A DNA stretch of 64,000 bases from an uncultured Holophagales bacterium (GTDB lineage: Bacteria; Acidobacteriota; Thermoanaerobaculia; Multivoradales; UBA5704). Numbering within the stretch: the first letter of the stretch is position 1; every line of letters starts with the position of its first letter. The position numbers and the translations under genes were made by a program. The stretch spans positions 1-64,000 of the forward strand of contig CAWJGT010000034.1 of NCBI GenBank assembly GCA_963842525.1. Direction: 5' to 3'. Under the pieces are notes generated by a model. The model had not been told where the DNA came from. It was given only the letters and a program-made list of their open reading frames with translations, and did no database searches. This document shows, piece by piece, positions 42,559-53,044 of this stretch.

Positions 42559-43374
42559 TTACACCGGCACGCCGGTCGTCATGCTCAGGTAATAGCCGGT
42601 GATCTCGCCGATGAACGTGCCGACGACCACGACGTAGAGGATGCCCGTGGCAGACTGGTTCGAGCGTTGCCGCGCGCAGTGGAGCGACATGGCGGCGAGC
42701 GGCAGGACGATGGCCAGCCCCCAGAGCAGCCGGAACCAGAAGAAGATCCCCTGCCCCCCGAAGCCGGCGAGGAGGCGCAGGGGATGGGGCTCGACCAGCT
42801 CGTCCACCCCCGCGGCCACGGCCAGGCTGGCTCCCACCGCGGCGAGCCGCAGGAGCGCGGTGCCCAGCAGCACCCAGCAGAAGACCGTGAGATGCCGGAA
42901 GTTGAGCTTCGGAGCCACCAGGTACCAGTGGCCGAGAAGCATGGTAATCAGCGACCACCCGAGCAGGAGGGCCGAGGTCAGCAGGCTTGTGACCGCCAGC
43001 GCCCGCTGGTGGGGGAGCGGGGCGAGCGGCGCGATGAGGTGCGGACCCGCGGTGAGGAGAGTCCCCAGACAGCCGGCCAGCGCGAGCGTCAACGGCCAGC
43101 GGCACAGCCGCCAGCGCTCCCGCCAGATCGCGGCGTAGTAGAGGAGGCTTCCCACCAGCGCGACAGCGAGCGAAGCGGTCCCGAACGCCCGGAGGTCGCC
43201 GAACGGCCGGAATGGGTGGAGCCAGACGACTGCGACGGCGAGCGCGAGCAGGCCCAGAACCACCAGCGCGTTCATCTGGAAGTAGCCGCGCCCGAGGTCG
43301 TCTTCGGGGATCCAGTACAGGGTCGACAGCGAGCCCACGCAGAGGGCCAGGAGGAACAGCAGGAAGATACCCAT
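42559..43374 (-). CDS. Conserved hypothetical polytopic membrane protein
   Basis: About 8 TM segments; MLLGHWYL..P and NQSATGILY motifs. Confidence 0.75.
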   Translation of the reverse strand: MGIFLLFLLALCVGSLSTLYWIPEDDLGRGYFQMNALVVLGLLALAVAVVWLHPFRPFGDLRAFGTASLAVALVGSLLYYAAIWRERWRLCRWPLTLALAGCLGTLLTAGPHLIAPLAPLPHQRALAVTSLLTSALLLGWSLITMLLGHWYLVAPKLNFRHLTVFCWVLLGTALLRLAAVGASLAVAAGVDELVEPHPLRLLAGFGGQGIFFWFRLLWGLAIVLPLAAMSLHCARQRSNQSATGILYVVVVGTFIGEITGYYLSMTTGVPV

Positions 43375-43486
43375 GGGGGGTGCAATCTTAGCAGCTCGAC
43401 CGGCGTTACGCGGGATGAGGGAAAACAAGCCTCCGCTTCGTGTTTTCCACATCATGCGAGCCCTGGAACGCAACGCGTCTTTGATC

Positions 43487-43515
43487 TGGACAGGGGGCGA
43501 GCAGGGTGCTAGCCT
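43487..43515 (+). promoter_or_regulatory. Putative promoter of ECF-TPR module 1
   Basis: TGGACA-N17-TAGCCT with extended -10; paralleled at 45906-45934. Confidence 0.5.
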
Positions 43516-43546
43516 ACCCGGAGTCAGCGGACGACATCTCGGCGAT

Positions 43547-44095
43547 ATGGCAACTTTGGATCATCCTGAACTGCGGGAATCGCTCAACAATCTACTGAAG
43601 ACTTCCCGTCCCAGGCTGGAACGGGTTCTCAGGAACTTCGAGGTGCCTCCGGAAGATGCAGAAGACATCCTCCAGGATGCGCAGTTGACCCTGCTGTACA
43701 AGTGGGACAAGGTGCGCAGCCCCGAGAGCTGGCTGGTCGGGACGGTCAAGAAGAAGTGCATCATGTACTGGCGCAAGCGCCGGGGCAGCCTCTGCGAGGC
43801 TGTGGACACGGCCATCCTCGACCTGCTCGCCATGCCCCAGGCGCCCGACCAGGAGAAGACCGAGCTGACCTGCGACCTGAACCGGGTGCTGTCGAAGCTG
43901 TCGTCGCGGTGCCGTTCCCTCCTGAAGCTCCGGTATGGGCTGGGATACGGCCCGACCGAAGTGGCGGAGCAGATGGGATACCAGACCTCCAGCATCCGCA
44001 AGGTCACCAACCGCTGCCTGGCAGCCCTGACCCGCCAGCTCCTGGCCGTCGGATTCCGGGGTGAGCCAGAGGAAAAGCCCGAAAAAGATGCGTGA
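43547..44095 (+). CDS. ECF-type sigma factor (module 1)
   Basis: PPEDAEDILQD, WLVGTV, LSSRCRSLLKLRY..G.GPTEVAEQMG. Confidence 0.88.
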   Translation: MATLDHPELRESLNNLLKTSRPRLERVLRNFEVPPEDAEDILQDAQLTLLYKWDKVRSPESWLVGTVKKKCIMYWRKRRGSLCEAVDTAILDLLAMPQAPDQEKTELTCDLNRVLSKLSSRCRSLLKLRYGLGYGPTEVAEQMGYQTSSIRKVTNRCLAALTRQLLAVGFRGEPEEKPEKDA

Positions 44096-45434
44096 GCCGC
44101 ACCCGATGCACCCGATGCACCCGAAGACCGCCAAGCTGCTCGAGCTCGGCCAGGGGCGTGTATCGCGCCGCCAGGCCCGCAGGATCGTGCGCCACCTCCT
44201 CGCCGGCTGCGAAGCCTGCAGCGAATTCCTCGCCCGCATCCTGCCGGTCTCCAATCCTGCCGGAACCGATTATGCCCAGGCTTTCGAAGCCGCGCAGCGC
44301 AACGTTTCGGCGCGGGCCGCAGCGATGGCCGCGGAGCGCGCCGAAGCCCGCGAGCTGCTGCGCGAGCTCGCCGTCCAGCCGCTCTACCGCCAGCGGATCC
44401 TGGTGACCGATCAGCCACGGTTCCAGACCTGGGGGCTGTGCGAGCTGCTCCTGGAGGCCTCCCGCGAGTGGGGATTCCAGGACCCCGGCCGCGCCCTGGA
44501 GACGGCCCGTCTCGGGACCAAGCTGGCCGACCGGCTCGACCACGAGACCTATGGCGAGGCCCGGGTGAACGACATGCGCGCTCGCGCCGGGGCCATCCTG
44601 GCCAATGGCGAGCGGATCCTCTGCGACTTCCGGGCGGCGGAGAAGAGCTTCGCGAAGGCCGAGGGCCTGCTGAAGAGTGGCACGGGCGACCCCTTGGAGC
44701 GCGCCGGCCTGCTCCTCCTCAAGGCCTCCCTGTACGGCCATCGGCATCGCTTCAAGGAGGCCTTCCGCCTGCTGGACCGCGTGGTCCTCACCGCCCGCCG
44801 CTGCAACGATCTCCACCTGTGCGGCAAGGCCCTGATCACCAAGGGCTTCCTCGCCGGGATGGATCACGAGCCCGAGCTGTCCATCCGGCTCCTGCAGGAG
44901 GGCGCTCCGCTCGTTGATCCGGCGCTGGAGCCGCGGCTCCTGGTCGCCGCCTACCACAACCTCATCCTGGGGCTCAACGAAGCGGGCCGGCCGCAGGATG
45001 CGGGCGGCCTGCTGGAGCAGACGCGCGCTCTGTACGTCCACGTCGGGGACCGCATGAACCTGATCCGGCTCGGCTGGCTGGAGGGCAAGATCGCCCTGGC
45101 GCTCGGCCGCCTCGAAGAGGCGGAGACGCTGTTCCTGGCAACCCGCCGCGAGCTGATCGACCGCGAGCTCGCCTACGACACGGCGCTGCTCTCGCTCGAC
45201 CAGGCGCAGGTCTACGCCCGGCAGCAACGCTGGCCCGAGATGCGGCGCCTCGCCGAAGAGATGCTCCCGATCTTCCAGTCGCGCCAGATCCAGCGCGAGG
45301 TCGTCTCGACCCTCATCGTCTTTCAGCGGGCGGTGGCCCTGGAGAGGGTCACCGTGGGGATGCTCCAGGAGCTGGCCGAGTACCTCGAAGAGAGCCGTAC
45401 CACCCCCGGGCTGCAGCCCCGGGATCCGTTCTGA
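44088..45434 (+). CDS. Zinc-finger anti-sigma-like N-terminus + TPR protein (module 1)
   Basis: HP...RHLLAGCEAC then helical TPR-like repeats; overlaps the ECF stop. Confidence 0.8.
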   Translation: MREPHPMHPMHPKTAKLLELGQGRVSRRQARRIVRHLLAGCEACSEFLARILPVSNPAGTDYAQAFEAAQRNVSARAAAMAAERAEARELLRELAVQPLYRQRILVTDQPRFQTWGLCELLLEASREWGFQDPGRALETARLGTKLADRLDHETYGEARVNDMRARAGAILANGERILCDFRAAEKSFAKAEGLLKSGTGDPLERAGLLLLKASLYGHRHRFKEAFRLLDRVVLTARRCNDLHLCGKALITKGFLAGMDHEPELSIRLLQEGAPLVDPALEPRLLVAAYHNLILGLNEAGRPQDAGGLLEQTRALYVHVGDRMNLIRLGWLEGKIALALGRLEEAETLFLATRRELIDRELAYDTALLSLDQAQVYARQQRWPEMRRLAEEMLPIFQSRQIQREVVSTLIVFQRAVALERVTVGMLQELAEYLEESRTTPGLQPRDPF

Positions 45435-45640
45435 CGGGCGATCCCCGCCGCCCTCCGCAGTCCGCAGTCTTCCACGGGCGAGGGTGATCCCCCGCCCTTC
45501 CCTTGATCTCACGGCGCGAGCGTCCGCGCAAAAATCCTTGTCTCTGGCTCTTCAGCAGCGGCAACCTTACCTTGGAGCCAGTGTGCTCAACCGCCCCGCG
45601 GTCCGCCACCGCGGAAGGCAGCTTGAAAAGGAGAAGCTTC

Positions 45641-45853
45641 ATGTCCCAGCCCTCAGCTCGCCGGTTTGCCGCGGTGCTCTCCCTCGCCGCCGCCCTCTTC
45701 TTCCTTCCGGTGTCGGATTCGCAGGCCGCGCAACGCCGGCCGCGTGGAGAGTCCGACGTTCTGGACCGCGTCGAGATCCGGGTCCACTCGCTCTGGCGCT
45801 CGATCGTCAGCGTCTGGCAGATGGTCGGTGTCCGGATCGACGACAACGGGTAG
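45641..45853 (+). CDS. Small secreted peptide precursor (70 aa) ending VGVRIDDNG
   Basis: AAGGAG RBS; RR + hydrophobic h-region + SQA|A signal peptide; GC-rich third codon positions. Confidence 0.78.
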   Translation: MSQPSARRFAAVLSLAAALFFLPVSDSQAAQRRPRGESDVLDRVEIRVHSLWRSIVSVWQMVGVRIDDNG

Positions 45854-45905
45854 GGCAGGGTCCAGGGCGTAAGGCTCTCTGAAATCCCCGAGGAGGGGCA
45901 GGTGC

Positions 45906-45934
45906 TGGACTTGGGTCCAGAAGGGTGGTAGTGT
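45906..45934 (+). promoter_or_regulatory. Putative promoter of ECF-TPR module 2
   Basis: TGGACT-N17-TAGTGT sharing AGGGTG-S-TAG with module 1. Confidence 0.5.
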
Positions 45935-45963
45935 GTCAGCCGCTGAAGATCCTCCCTCGGAAG

Positions 45964-46503
45964 ATGAGCGCACTGGATCACTCTCAGGTCGAAGCCTCGC
46001 TCGAAGGTTTTCTGAGGAACGTTCGCCCCCGCTTGAAATCGCTGTTCCAGCGCTACAGCATCCCGCCCCAGGACACGGAGGACATCCTCCAGCAGGCCCT
46101 GCTGGCCTTCCTCTACCAGCGCCGGAGCATCCGGGATCCCGAGGCCTGGCTCCTCGGAACCGTGAGGAACAAGTGCCTTCTGTTCTGGAGGAGCCACCGG
46201 CGGCAGCTCTACCAGACCGTGGATGCGGCCGTGCTCGAGTGCATGGCCGCCCCTCTGCCGCCGGAGCAGGAGACCTCGGACCTGCGCCGCGATCTGGCGA
46301 GCGCCCTCGAGGCATTGCCGGAGCGTTGCCGTTCCCTCCTCTGGCTGCGCTACAACTATGGCTACGAGCCGCCCGAAGTTGCCGATCGCCTCGGTTATAG
46401 TCCAAGCAGCATCAGCAAGGTCACCCAGAGATGTCTCGCCGCCCTGACACGACGTCTGGTGCTCAGGGGTGTTCTACGACGCGGGAAGATGGACCCCACA
46501 TGA
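45964..46503 (+). CDS. ECF-type sigma factor (module 2)
   Basis: Paralog of 43547: RPRL, PPQDTEDILQQ, WLLGTV, LPERCRSLL.LRY. Confidence 0.88.
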   Translation: MSALDHSQVEASLEGFLRNVRPRLKSLFQRYSIPPQDTEDILQQALLAFLYQRRSIRDPEAWLLGTVRNKCLLFWRSHRRQLYQTVDAAVLECMAAPLPPEQETSDLRRDLASALEALPERCRSLLWLRYNYGYEPPEVADRLGYSPSSISKVTQRCLAALTRRLVLRGVLRRGKMDPT

Positions 46504-47870
46504 CACAAGACCATCCGACACAGGAAGTCTTGGAAAGCTTCGTCCACGGCCGGCTTTCGCCTGTCGAGATGAAGCGGGTGTCTTGTCACCTCCTGTCCGG
46601 TTGCACCTACTGCCGGTCGAACGCGTCTCGGTTCTGGGAAGCTGAAGAAGGGGGACGCCGGATACGCGGGAGACCTTCCCGAAGCGAGGGAAGAGCGCGA
46701 CGGCTATGACGAGGTCTTCGATCGCGTCTTCCAGAAGGTGTCCCTCCGGGAGAGCGATCTGAGCCGGGAGCGAGCAGCGGCGCGGCATCTCTACGACGAG
46801 CTCATGCAGCATCCCGTCCCTCGCCAGCATCTCCTCGTCGCCAACAGCACCCGTTTCCGCAACCCGTCGCTCTGCGAGCTCCTGATCGAGGAGAGCCATG
46901 ATGCCGGGTTTCAGGACCCGTCCCGGGCTTTCGAGCTGGCCCGTCTCGGCACTGCGGTCGCCGAGCTGCTGACCAGAGAGACCTGCGGCGGGCTCGGAGT
47001 CTTGAACAGTCTCCGGTGCCGGGTCTGGGCCCAACTGGGTAATGCGCTCCGGATCCAGGGCAAACTCGCCGCGGCGGAAAACGCCTTCGCGACAGTCCAG
47101 GAGTGGATCGAAGAGGAGGAGGTCGACACTCTCGGCACCGCGCGCGTGCTCGACCTCAAGGCCTCCTTGCGCAGAGATCAGAGACGCTTCGCCGAGGCGG
47201 GTGCAGCCTGGATCGGGTCATCTCCATCTATCAGGGTCTCGGGCAATGGAGCCTGCTCGGGCGTACCCTGAAGCAAAAGTCGATGGTCTGTGGTGAGACC
47301 GGGGACCTGGAAGAGGAGATGACGCTCTTGCGGCGAGCTCTCGAGATGCTCGATCCGGAGGAGGAGCCACGGACCTTCCTGGCAGCCCGCCACAACCTCA
47401 TCGTCTCGCTGAACGAGGCCGGCCGCTCCCGCGAAGCCTATGCGCTCCTCTTTCACACCCGCCCCCTCTATCTGAAGATGGGGGACAAGATGACCCTGCT
47501 CCGCCTGCGCTGGCTCGAAGGCGATGTTGCGAGCGGCCTCGGCCGGGTCGAGCAGGCCGAGGTGGCGTTCCGCGAGGTTCGCAAAGCTTTCCTTGACCTC
47601 GGTCTCGATTACGATGCCGCCGTCGCCTCGCTCGACCTCGCAGAGGCTTACGTCCTGCAGGGCAAGACGGCCGAGGTCCGATGTCTGGCGGAGGAGATGC
47701 TCGACGTCTTCCAGGCCCGCGACATCCATCGCGAAGCCTTGGGGGCCCTCGCTGTCTTCTGTGCCGCGGCCCAGATGGAAAACGCAGGGGTCGGCCTGAT
47801 CCAGGAGGTCTCCAGCTTCCTGAAGCGGGTGCGGAACAATCCGGACCTTCACTTCACACCGCCCTCATGA
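46500..47870 (+). CDS. Zinc-finger anti-sigma-like N-terminus + TPR protein (module 2; frameshifts near 46670 and 47205)
   Basis: ATGA overlap with the ECF; DHP...CHLLSGCTYC; LCELL.E.S..GFQDP, EPR..L.A.HNL, RLRWLEG, YD.A..SLD shared with module 1. Confidence 0.8.
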
Positions 47871-47903
47871 ACCGGTGGTCGCCGGATTGCATGACAAGGC
47901 GGC

Positions 47904-49149
47904 ATGGCGGATGCTCCCAAGCTCCTGGTCCTCGGATGCGGTTTCGGCGGTTACTCCCTGCTGGCGAACCTGAAGCGCAGGCACTGGAGCATCACCCTCC
48001 TCAGCCCGCGGAACTACTTCCTCTTCACCCCTCTGCTCCCTTCAGCCGTCAGCGGCAGCGTCGAGTTTCGCAGCATCCTGGAACCGGTCCGTCGCCGGCT
48101 CCGCGACGTCCGCCTGATCGAGGGGTACGCCGAGTCGGTGGACTGGGAGACCCGGACCGTCTCCTGCTCGGCCGCCGTCGGAGAAGAACGGTTCAGCCTG
48201 CCGTATGACGTCCTGGTCCTCGCCGTCGGCGCGGCGGTGGGGGACTACGGAGTGCCGGGCGTCGCCGAGCACGCCCTGAAGCTCGCCAGCGTGGAAGACG
48301 CCCAGGCGATCCGGCGGAGGATCCTGGAGCAGATCGCCAGAGCGGAGGTCCCGGCCCTCACCCCGGAGCAGATCCGCGAGCGTCTCACCTTCGTCGTCTG
48401 CGGCGGGGGGCCCACCGGCGTCGAGGCGGCGGCGGAGATCCACGACCTGCTGGACGAGGAGCTGCACCTCCAGCTTCCCCGAGCTCGCCCCGCAGGCCCG
48501 GGTGGTCCTCGTCGAAGCGCTCGAGCGCCTCCTCACCAGCTTCGACGAGGCGCTGGCGCAGTACACCCTGCGTCATTTCGCCCGCGAAGGGATCGAGGTG
48601 CGCACGCGGACCAAGGTGACGGCGATCGAGCCCGGCGCCGTCGTCCTGGAGGATGGAGAGCGCATCCGCTGTGGCCTGGTCCTCTGGGCGGGGGGCAACG
48701 CGCCCGTGCCGTTCCTCCGCGCCCTTGATGGCGTGGAGCTCGACCGCCGCGGCCGGCTGCGGATCGACGACCATCTCCGCATCCCGGGCCGGCTCGACGT
48801 CTATGCTCTCGGCGACTGTGCGGCGGTGGGGGAGCCGCCGCTGCCGGCCACGGCCCAGGTGGCGCAGCAGCAGGGGAAGTACCTCGCCCGCGCCCTCGGT
48901 CATCGGCGCGAGGGACGCGAGGGGCGGCCTGTCGCGCCGTTCCGATTCAAGGCCTCCGGCATGCTGGCCTACATCGGCGGCGGCCAGGCGCTGGCGGATC
49001 TGCCACAGGTCAAATGGAGCGGCCGGGCCGCCTGGCTCTTCTGGCGCTCCGTCTACCTCACCAAGCTGGTCAGCCCGGCCAACAAGATCAAGGTCCTCTT
49101 CGACTGGATGAAGGCGAGGCTCTTCGGCCGCGACATCAGCAGGTTCTGA
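47904..49149 (+). CDS. ndh: Type II NADH dehydrogenase (frameshift near 48470)
   Basis: GCGFGG, FLFTPLLP, GGGPTGVE.AAE, ALGDCA, PATAQVAQQQG. Confidence 0.92.
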
Positions 49150-49155
49150 GATCGC

Positions 49156-51570
49156 TCACGTCTTGACGCCGAGGAAGAGATAGCCGGCGAGGATCGCGAA
49201 GACCGTGCCGGGGCTCCACACCGCGACGGCGGGGGGCAGAGCCCCGGTCTCGCCGAGGGTCGTGAAGAAGGCGTAGACGCCCAGGAACACCATCCCCAAA
49301 ACAACCGAGACGCCGATCCCGTAGAGCGCTCCCTGCCGGCCGAGGCGGAAGGCGAAGGGGAGGCCCACCAGGGCCATGATCAGCGAGACGACGGGAAAGG
49401 CGATCTTGTTGTAGAGCTGCACCTTGAGCTCGGGCACCGGCTGGCCGCTTCCTTCGAGCTCCTGGATGTACTCCCTGAGCTCGCCATAGCGCATCTGCTC
49501 CGGTGGCCGGATCTCGGAGTCGAAGTAGTCCGGCGTCTCCGGATAGCGGACGATCTTCGGCGTCTCGAAGCGCTGGTAGTCCGTCATTTCGACGCCGTCG
49601 ACCGTGCGGGCCCAGCCGTTGGAGAACACCCAGGCATCCCCGATGTACTGCGCTGTCTCGGCAAAGAGCCGGCGGGTCAGACGGTGGCTCGCGTCGAAGT
49701 CGAACACCTGCAGGCGCTGCAGCGTTTGCTGCTTGCGGGTCGTAGTGGATGTAGTTGTAGATGTAGCGCCCCTGCCCGAACAGCCATTGCCGGTCCGCCC
49801 GCCGGTACGTCCGCACCGTCTCCTTGCCGCGGATGCGGTCCTTGAGCTGCGCCACCTTCTCATTGGACGCGGGGAGCACCTTGGTCTCCAGATAGGTGCA
49901 GAAAAGCGACACCAGGAGCGCCGCGGCAAGAGCGGGGACCGCCAGCCGGTAGAGGCTCACTCCCAGCGCCTTGGCGGCGGTGATCTCGTTGGTGCGGGAA
50001 AGGAGGCTGAAGGTCATCAGAGTTGTCACCAGCACCACGACCGGCGCGATCTCGTAGAACATCTGGAGCGAGCCGTACTTGTAGTAGTTGAGGACCAGGA
50101 GCTTGGGCACCTTGTTCTTGAAGATCTCGTCGATCGTCTCGCCCAGGTCGAAGATGATGAAGAGCGAGACGCCCGAAAGCACCACCAGCAGGAAGACCAG
50201 CGAGAACAGGCGCACGACATAGCGGTCCAGCAGGTTGGGGAAGGCGAGGCGCACGCGGGCGATCGGCCGCGGGATGCGGAAGACGAGCTCCTCCGGCGCG
50301 AAGCCCGGGCCTCCCGGGATCGCTGCCGCTCCTCCCGCCGCGCCACGCGCTCGCGGATCCGCTCGCGCCGCTTCTCCCGGCGCATCCCCCGGAGCACCAG
50401 GAGGCCGCCCCAGACGTCCTCCCGCACCCAGCGGTCCAGCCGGCTCATCAGGAGGCTCTTGTCACGATTGCGGCGGATCAGCAGGAAGACGCCGGCGACG
50501 GCAGAGGACAGGTTGGGCGAGCCACATGCCCAGCCAGCCCGGAACGCGGCCGAAGCGCGCCGCCTCCTCGCCGTTGTTGAGCAGCAGGTAGTAGACGATG
50601 AGCACGCCGATCGAAAGGGCGAACCCCGAGGTCTTGCCACCGCGCTTGTTGTTGATCCCGAGGGGCAGGGCGAACAGGCCGAAGACCATGCAGGCGACCG
50701 GGATCGAGAACTTCTTGTGGATCTCGACCTCGGCCAGGTTGCGCTGCTCGTCCGAGGCGGTCGGGTCGTGCTGGAGCTCGCGCAGCTCCTTGAGCGTCAG
50801 CTCCCGGACGCCTTTCGAGACCGAGATCTTGGCCTTCTGCTCGCTGGTGAACTGGTCCTCCAGGACAAGGTCGAGCTCGCGGTGCCGGCTGATCTCGTAG
50901 CGGTCCGGGGCGTTCAGGTCCACCTTGTGGCGGGCGGCGTTGAACAGCCGGAGGACAACCTTCTCGCCGGTCGGGTCGACGAGCACCTCACCCCAGTCGG
51001 CGATGGTGACCTGGCTGGTCGGCTCGCGGACTCGGCGAGGAAGACCCCCTTCCAGCGCTTCTCGCCCGGCGGCACCTCGAAGACGTAGACCACCTTGCCC
51101 TCCCATTCCTCGTAGAAGACCCGCGGCTGCGACCTGCTGCGAGACTGCTCTGGGTGAGGATCTCGAGCCGGAGCTGCTGGAGGGACTGGTTGCCCCACGG
51201 CAGCGCGTAGACCATCAGCACGATGTTGAGCAGCCGTGAAGAGGGCCGAAAGCAGCAGGATGGGGCGGTAGAGGGTGAGGAGGCTGATGCCGCTGGCCCG
51301 CATGGCAATCAGCTCGCTGTCGGACGACAGCCGGCCCACGGCGATCAGGATGCCGAACAGGAGCGACATCGGCAGCGTGAGGACGACGATGTTCGGCAGG
51401 GTCAGCACCAGCAGCTCGCCGACGATCGAGGCCGGCAGCCCGCGGCGGATGATCATCTCCGCGGACTGGAACAGGAACCGGAGGAGCAGGAGGAAGGTAT
51501 AGACTAGGAACCCGAGCCCGAGCGGGCCCAGGATCTCCGTGAGGATGTAGCGATCGAGACGCTTCAGCAC
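49156..51570 (-). CDS. Fused LptF/LptG LPS export permease (frameshifts)
   Basis: Two LptF/G halves: LDRYIL.E...RLSSDSELIAMRASG and LDRYV...LSRTNEITAAKALG. Confidence 0.88.
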
Positions 51571-51581
51571 GGCGCCATTCT

Positions 51582-52032
51582 ATGGACCCGCACGGCTCGT
51601 CACAACCTCGCCGCCTCCGCCTTCAGCGCCGCTATCGTTTCAGCGCCAGCCATCTCTACCGGCGTCCCGAGTGGTCGGAGGAGGAGAACCGCCGGCGGTT
51701 CGGCAAGTGCGCCAACCTGCCGGGGCACGGCCACAACTACCGTCTGTGGGTCACCGTCGAGGGGACCGTCGATCCCGCGACCGGTTTCGTCGTGGACCTG
51801 GGAGCCCTGGACGCCCTCGTCCCGGAGCGCGTGATCGAGCGCCTCGACCACCAGCATCTGAATTCCGCGCTGCCCGAGATTCGGAGAAGGGCAGTCGATC
51901 CCCTCCAGCGAGAACCTCGTCCGCTGGATCCACGGTCAGCTCGACGGCCATCTGCCGAACGGCGCCGACCTCGCCGGCCTCCGTCTGGAAGAGGACGAGG
52001 ATCTGGGCGCCGAGTGGCAGAGATCCTTCTGA
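51582..52032 (+). CDS. queD: 6-carboxytetrahydropterin synthase (frameshift near 51880)
   Basis: FSASH, FGKC.N..GHGHNY, LDH.HLN, PSSENL. Confidence 0.88.
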
Positions 52033-52160
52033 CGGACGAACCGATGTACGCCGCGGGAACGCGCACACGGAGGCGCGTTAACATAATGTGTCTTATGAGA
52101 CTGGACGCACGGACGCTGATCTCGCGGGGAAGATCGCCCGAGGACAGCCAGGATGGCTAC

Positions 52161-53044
52161 CTACGTGTGCGCGGTGCGCAGGTCGGCCAGGATCTGCTCC
52201 AGGGCGCGGATCAGATCGTCGCTTGTCGACCTCGCTCTGGCGGAACGCCAGGGACAGACTGTAGCTCCGGTCCGGCGACTTGAACCGGAACACATAGGGC
52301 TTGCGGCGGCCGGGCTTGCCTCCTTGTCGACCCGCCGCAGGCGCTGGCGCAGGTCGTCGCGGTTGAGGCCGCGGCGGGCCACCTCTTCGAGCAGCTCGAT
52401 CATCTCCGGCTCGTTGCCGGCCTTGAGCACCTCCAGCAGCAGCGACTTCGAGGTGATCCCCAGGGCCTGCACCGTGTCGCGGACCCGGGGCGGCATCTGC
52501 AACAGCGAAAGGCTCTCGGTGATCACCGTCCGGGACTTGCCGACCGCCGACGCGATCTCCTCGTGGGTGTAGCTGTGGTTCTCGGCCAGCATCCGGTAGC
52601 CTTCTGCCTCTTCGAAGGGCGTCAGATCCTTCCGCTGCAGGTTCTCGATCAGGGCGATCTCGAGAGCTTCCTGCTCTGAGACGTCCATCTCGATGACCGG
52701 CACCTCGTAGAGCCCGGCCTCCTGCGCGGCCCGGTAGCGGCGCTCGCCGGAGATGATCCGGTACAGGACGCCGGCCGGCCCGGCCGGCCCGTCCTCGATC
52801 GGCCTCCGGACGGGGCCGGACCAGGATCGGCTCCAGCACCCCCTTGTCCCGGATCGAGGCCACCAGCTCGTCGAGGTCTCCCATGGTCGAGCGCGGCTGG
52901 TTCGGGTCGGGCTCGATGGTCGACAGCGGGATCATCTTCCCCACCGGCGTTTCGTGGCGGGCGGTGAGCTCCTCGACGAAGTGGGTGTCGTGGCGCATCT
53001 TCACGCGCATGGGGCAGACCGCGCTTGCGGGCAGGCTCAGACAC
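52161..53044 (-). CDS. parB: ParB family partition protein (frameshifts)
   Basis: PDPNQPR, GVLEPILVR, ISGERRYRA, ALIENLQRKDL..FEEA, HTH. Confidence 0.9.

Noticed and set aside
44098-44124. 9-bp microrepeat GCACCCGAT at the TPR1 start as a phase-variation switch
   Set aside because: Unit length is a multiple of 3, so slippage keeps the frame; it only offers alternative starts
49156-51570. LptF-LptG fusion as a novelty
   Set aside because: Such fusions are, to my knowledge, already common in Acidobacteriota annotations, and frameshifts blur the junction
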